Source: an uncultured Gemmatimonadales bacterium (GTDB lineage Bacteria; Gemmatimonadota; Gemmatimonadetes; Gemmatimonadales; Gemmatimonadaceae). Taken from it: DNA of 64,000 nucleotides. The DNA is taken from positions 128,001 through 192,000 of the forward strand of contig CAWBZV010000002.1 in assembly GCA_963793305.1 (NCBI GenBank), written 5' to 3'. This document shows, one piece after another, positions 60,010 through 64,000 of the stretch (position 1 is its first letter; each line of letters opens with the position of its first letter). The notes under the pieces are model-generated. The model did no database searches. It had not been told where the DNA came from and was given only the letters and a program-made list of their open reading frames with translations. The translations under genes and the position numbers were made by a program.

Positions 60010-60579
60010 ATGGACACAGAAACAGAGCTAGCGACGCTCGTCCGCCGCGAGTTGGAGCTGCTCGGCGAAAATCCCGACCGCGAGGGGCTGCTCAAGACGC
60101 CGCAGCGCGTCGCCAAAGCGCTCGAATTCTTCACGAGCGGCTACGCGCTGGACGCCGCGCAGGTCATCGGCGATGCCTTGTTCGAGGAGCCCGGGCACGA
60201 GAGCATGATCATGGTCCGCGACATCGAGCTCTACTCGATGTGCGAGCACCACATGCTGCCATTCTTCGGCCGCGCGCACGTGGCGTATATCCCGAACGGC
60301 CGCATCGTCGGCCTCTCGAAGATGGCCCGGGTCGTCGACGTGTTTGCCCGGCGGCTCCAGGTGCAGGAGCGGCTCACCGAGCAGATCGCGCTGGCCCTGG
60401 AGCAGGCGCTCCGCCCGCGCGGCATCGGGGTCGTCATCGAGGCACAGCACCTGTGCATGATGATGCGCGGGGTGCAGAAGCAGAACTCCAAGACCATCAC
60501 CAGCGCGCTGCGTGGCAGCTTCCGCGATGACGCGAAGACGCGCGATGAGTTTCTGAGGCTCGCCCACAACGAGCACTAA
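60010..60579 (+). CDS. folE: GTP cyclohydrolase I
   Basis: [35 protein letters not shown] and HLCMMMRGV. Confidence 0.97.
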   Translation: MDTETELATLVRRELELLGENPDREGLLKTPQRVAKALEFFTSGYALDAAQVIGDALFEEPGHESMIMVRDIELYSMCEHHMLPFFGRAHVAYIPNGRIVGLSKMARVVDVFARRLQVQERLTEQIALALEQALRPRGIGVVIEAQHLCMMMRGVQKQNSKTITSALRGSFRDDAKTRDEFLRLAHNEH

Positions 60580-61234
60580 GTTCGATCCGATCGCCGGTCG
60601 TACGGCCCTCGTTACCGGCGGATCCCGGGGTATCGGCGCCGAGACGGTGAAGGTGCTCACGCGCGCCGGCGTGACGGTGCTGTCCGTCTCCCGCTCCGGT
60701 CCAATCGTGGCCGACCTGACCCGTCCCGAGGATATCGACCGCCTCGTCGAACGGGTCGGGAGCGCTCCGGACTTCCTCATCAACGTCGCCGGCATGTTCA
60801 ACCTCGCGCGCATCGAGGATACTCACCCGCAGGCGTTTGATGCCACGCTCGCGCTCAACGTCGGCGCGCCGTTTCGGTTGATCCGGGCATTCCTGCCCGC
60901 AATGCGCGAGAGACGATCCGGCCACATCGTGACCGTCGGCTCTATCGCCGATCACGTGGCGTTCCCGGAGAACGCGGCGTATGCGGCGAGCAAGTACGCG
61001 GTACGCGGACTCCACGAAGTCTTGCGCGAGGAGCTTCGCGGCTCGCCCGTGCGCGCGACATTGATCTCTCCGGCAGCGGTCAACACATCCCTTTGGGACC
61101 AGGTTGAGGCGCGTCCCGGACTGCCGCCGCGTTCGGGGATGTTGTCGCCCTTGGCTGTCATAGACGCGATCCTGTTCGCCCTGCGGCAACCGCCCGGAGT
61201 GAGCGTCGATGAGATCCGTCTCTCGCACACCTGA
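60569..61234 (+). CDS. Short-chain dehydrogenase/reductase
   Basis: [12 protein letters not shown] (upstream of the GTG at 60647), INVAG and YAASK. Start uncertain. Confidence 0.88.
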   Translation, partial: TSTKFDPIAGRTALVTGGSRGIGAETVKVLTRAGVTVLSVSRSGPIVADLTRPEDIDRLVERVGSAPDFLINVAGMFNLARIEDTHPQAFDATLALNVGAPFRLIRAFLPAMRERRSGHIVTVGSIADHVAFPENAAYAASKYAVRGLHEVLREELRGSPVRATLISPAAVNTSLWDQVEARPGLPPRSGMLSPLAVIDAILFALRQPPGVSVDEIRLSHT

Positions 61235-61845
61235 TGCACCTGGACGTGATTCCCGCTCTGCGCTGTCCGCGCGAGCACGAGGAGTCGGGCCTCGTGCTCG
61301 TCGCCGATGAGACTCGGGGCCGCCATGTGGTGACGGGTGTGCTCGGCTGCCCCGTCTGCGAGGCCGAGTACCCCATTCGCGCCGGCGTCGCGTACTTCGT
61401 GAACCCCACCGCCTCCGCGGCCGACCCGCGCAATGACGAGATCATTCGCACGGCCGCCATGCTCGGGCTCACGGAACCCGGCGGCGTGATCATGCTCGCC
61501 GGACATTGGGCCTCGACCGCCAATGCGATCAGCGAGATCGCCGATGCGCTCGTACTGGTCGTCAATCCGCCGGCACGAGCAGACTATGTCGAGCGGGTTT
61601 CCGTGTTGTACGCAGACCAACTGCCGATCGCCGAGCATGCGCTGCGCGCGGCCGCGATCGATGCGCTCGCACGCAATGTCGCATCCGTGCTGCGCCCAAA
61701 GGGGCGGCTCGTCGCGACACATGCCGTGCCCGTGCCACCGGACATTGCTGAGATCGCGCGCGACGCGGAATACTGGGTCGGCGAAGCTAGTGCGTTGCCG
61801 CCACGGCCGGCGGACCTGACGCCTCTTCGTATAGGGCGTCGATGA
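61234..61845 (+). CDS. Trm112-like zinc-ribbon domain fused to a degenerate methyltransferase-like domain
   Basis: LRCP...GVLGCPVCEAEYPIRAGV; C-terminal SVLRPKGRLV. Confidence 0.65.
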   Translation: MHLDVIPALRCPREHEESGLVLVADETRGRHVVTGVLGCPVCEAEYPIRAGVAYFVNPTASAADPRNDEIIRTAAMLGLTEPGGVIMLAGHWASTANAISEIADALVLVVNPPARADYVERVSVLYADQLPIAEHALRAAAIDALARNVASVLRPKGRLVATHAVPVPPDIAEIARDAEYWVGEASALPPRPADLTPLRIGRR

Positions 61846-63604
61846 TCGGCTTGTACTTCGTGTCGATCACGCGACGCCTGACTTTGAGCGTCGGCGTCAG
61901 CTCACCACCCTCGATGGTAAAGTCGTGCTCGATGAGCGCGATCTTCTTGGGCGTCTCGAACGTCGCCAGACCTTGGAGGTGGTCGAGCACCTCCCGCTCC
62001 ATCTTCGCCTTCACCTCGGGATTCGCGATCAGCTGGGCGTGGGTGGTGAACGCGATGCCTTTGTGCTTCGCCCATCCTTCGAGCTGCTCGAAGTTCGGCA
62101 CGATGAGCAGCGCGACAAACTTGCGCCGATCGCCGATCATGACGGCCTGACTCACGTAGCGATTCTGCCGGACGAGATTCTCAATGGGCTGCGGTGCGAT
62201 GGCTTTCCCGCCGGCGGTCTTGATGAGGTCTTTCTTCCGGTCGGTGATGACGAGATATCCGTCGCGGAGCTCGCCAATGTCGCCCGTATGGAAGAACCCG
62301 TCGCTATCGATCGCCTCGCGCGTCGCGTCCGGCTTGTTGTAGTACCCGCGCATGATGCCCGGTCCGCGCACGCAGATCTCGCCATCGGCGGCGATTTTCA
62401 CTTCGATGTTACTGATCGGCATGCCGACGGTGCCGATCCGGTTGTGGTCCGGTGTATTGACGGAGATGACCGGTGAGGTCTCGGTCAGGCCGTAGCCTTC
62501 CAGGACCACGAGATCAGCGGCGTAGAAGAATTTGGCGATCTCGCTCGCGAGCGGCGCGCCGCCGGAGACGAAGACGCGCATCCGTCCCCCCATCCGCGCC
62601 CGCAACTTCGAGAACACCAGCCGTTGCGCAATCGCATTCTCGAGCGCGAGCGCGCCGGTCGGCTGTCGTCCCGCGAGCCGCTCGCTGGCCGCCCGGTCCC
62701 CGACGCGGCGCGCCCACTGAAAGAGGCGATACTTGAGCGCGCCGCCCTTGCGCGCATTCTCGATCGCGCCGGCGTACACCTTCTCGTAGATCCGCGGGAC
62801 GGAGAACACGAACGTCGGGTGCACCTCGCCGAAGTTCTGTATCAGCTTGTCGATCGACTCCGCGTAGCAGATCTCGGCGCCGACGGAGAACATGAGGTAA
62901 TCCGCCATCCGCCCGAAGATGTGCGACAACGGGAGGAAGCTGAGCGTGACCTCGTCCTGCATCGGGAGCAACTCCCGGGACGCGGCGACGTTGGACGCAA
63001 TGTTGCCGTGCGTCAGCATGACGCCCTTCGGTTCGCCCGTCGTGCCCGAGGTATAAATGATGGTGGCGAGATCATCAGGTTTGACCGCCATCGCCCGGCT
63101 ACGATATTCCGCGGTCGCGGGGGCCGTGTCGGCCGACGCGCCGCGCGATTCGAGCTCGGCGAACGTGCAATCGACGCCGGGAAATTTCCCATCGAACGCG
63201 CAGACGGTCTTGAGGGCCGGGAGATGCGAGCGAATCTCGGCGATCTTGGCCGCCTGCGCGGCGGTCGACACGAAGATGGCGACCGCCCCCGCGTCATTCA
63301 GCAGGTACGGCAGTTGGTCCGCCGGTAAACTCGGATACAGCGGGACGTCAGTCACGCCCAATGTCAGGCACGCGTAGTCGCTGATCGCCCACTCGGGGCG
63401 ATTCTCGGACAGGATCGCGATGCGGTCGCCCGGCTTCGCGCCGGCCGCGGCTATGCCCAGCGCGACGTGGCGCACGCGCCGCTCGATCTCCTTGTGCGAG
63501 ATCGGCGTGTACGCGCCATTGTGCTTGTACCGCATCGCCTGGGGGCGATCGTACTGGGTGATCGCGTCGAAGAAGAGCGTGTTGAGCGTCCCGGGAGTCA
63601 ACAT
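61787..63604 (-). CDS. Long-chain fatty-acid--CoA ligase (AMP-dependent synthetase)
   Basis: IIYTSGTTGEPKG, SGGAPL, EGYGLTE, FHTGDIG, ITDRKKD and LTPTLK. Confidence 0.95.
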   Translation of the reverse strand: MLTPGTLNTLFFDAITQYDRPQAMRYKHNGAYTPISHKEIERRVRHVALGIAAAGAKPGDRIAILSENRPEWAISDYACLTLGVTDVPLYPSLPADQLPYLLNDAGAVAIFVSTAAQAAKIAEIRSHLPALKTVCAFDGKFPGVDCTFAELESRGASADTAPATAEYRSRAMAVKPDDLATIIYTSGTTGEPKGVMLTHGNIASNVAASRELLPMQDEVTLSFLPLSHIFGRMADYLMFSVGAEICYAESIDKLIQNFGEVHPTFVFSVPRIYEKVYAGAIENARKGGALKYRLFQWARRVGDRAASERLAGRQPTGALALENAIAQRLVFSKLRARMGGRMRVFVSGGAPLASEIAKFFYAADLVVLEGYGLTETSPVISVNTPDHNRIGTVGMPISNIEVKIAADGEICVRGPGIMRGYYNKPDATREAIDSDGFFHTGDIGELRDGYLVITDRKKDLIKTAGGKAIAPQPIENLVRQNRYVSQAVMIGDRRKFVALLIVPNFEQLEGWAKHKGIAFTTHAQLIANPEVKAKMEREVLDHLQGLATFETPKKIALIEHDFTIEGGELTPTLKVRRRVIDTKYKPIIDALYEEASGPPAVAATH

Positions 63605-64000
63605 TTGCTCGGATTGACGAAGGTGATCGTGACCAGAACCGGGTTATGTAACTGGTGGTTTTGATACCGCGCCGTCGCCTGTAACGTGACGCTCCACGTC
63701 GTGTCGTGCTTGGCGACCGCCTTCGCGCCAAAGATGAGCACCCGCGTCGATATCCCGCTCTTGGTGGTATCCAGGATCGACGGGTTGCCGGATCCATCGG
63801 CAACGTAGGCAATGAGACCAGTATCCGCGATCGTGCCCTTTTGTTTGCCAACCAGGCTCGCCGGGCTCGTGATCGCCCAATGAATGAGATAGCTGCTCAC
63901 CGGAACGGGCGCCGAGTCGGCCAGGTTCGACGTGTGGAACAGATCGGCGTCGAATCCGGCGCTGAGGGGAAGCCCCGTGCAGAAATTCAGGGCCTGCGCC
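63598..64000 (-). CDS. C-terminal part of a hypothetical, probably secreted protein (partial)
   Basis: Frame is open to the window edge; beta-rich Ig-like composition; stop overlaps the ligase start. Confidence 0.55.
   Translation of the reverse strand, partial: AQALNFCTGLPLSAGFDADLFHTSNLADSAPVPVSSYLIHWAITSPASLVGKQKGTIADTGLIAYVADGSGNPSILDTTKSGISTRVLIFGAKAVAKHDTTWSVTLQATARYQNHQLHNPVLVTITFVNPSKC

Noticed and set aside
59846..60031. 61-aa ORF upstream of folE
   Set aside because: It overlaps the structured RNA and terminator and has no protein-like features.
1..64000. CRISPR arrays, tRNA/rRNA genes, transposases, integrases, prophage genes
   Set aside because: No regularly spaced repeats, cloverleaf-like segments or mobile-element protein motifs were recognised by eye.

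Overview
A GC-rich, gene-dense bacterial chromosomal segment. Gene content (SusC/SusD pairs next to dnaE-accA, ricT-metG and a GEAA-type PdhA) suggests Gemmatimonadota; this is an inference. Main contents: (1) a tandem SusC/SusD array (two complete pairs, probably the tail of a third) around an M23 peptidase; (2) dnaE-accA-ricT-metG; (3) thiO-lipA-pdhABC-lpdA-lipB-uvrD-dinB; (4) glycosyltransferases, an M28 peptidase, an SPFH protein with a small Zn-finger membrane protein, a PspA-like protein and an Omp85-family gene; (5) coaE-gcvH-lipM-like-oppABCDF-POT transporter; (6) a catalytically degenerate DEAD-box-like gene; (7) an archaeal-style nurA-herA-X-mre11(sbcD)-rad50(sbcC)-GNAT operon; (8) a 6S RNA candidate, folE, an SDR and an acyl-CoA ligase. 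Six genes, including essential metG and coaE, carry +1 frameshifts, and three conserved Asp codons read as Asn. All nine anomalies fall on the same short motif (GAYG/CRTC), which points to systematic base-calling error at a modified-DNA motif rather than pseudogenisation. No rRNA, tRNA, CRISPR array or mobile element was recognised.
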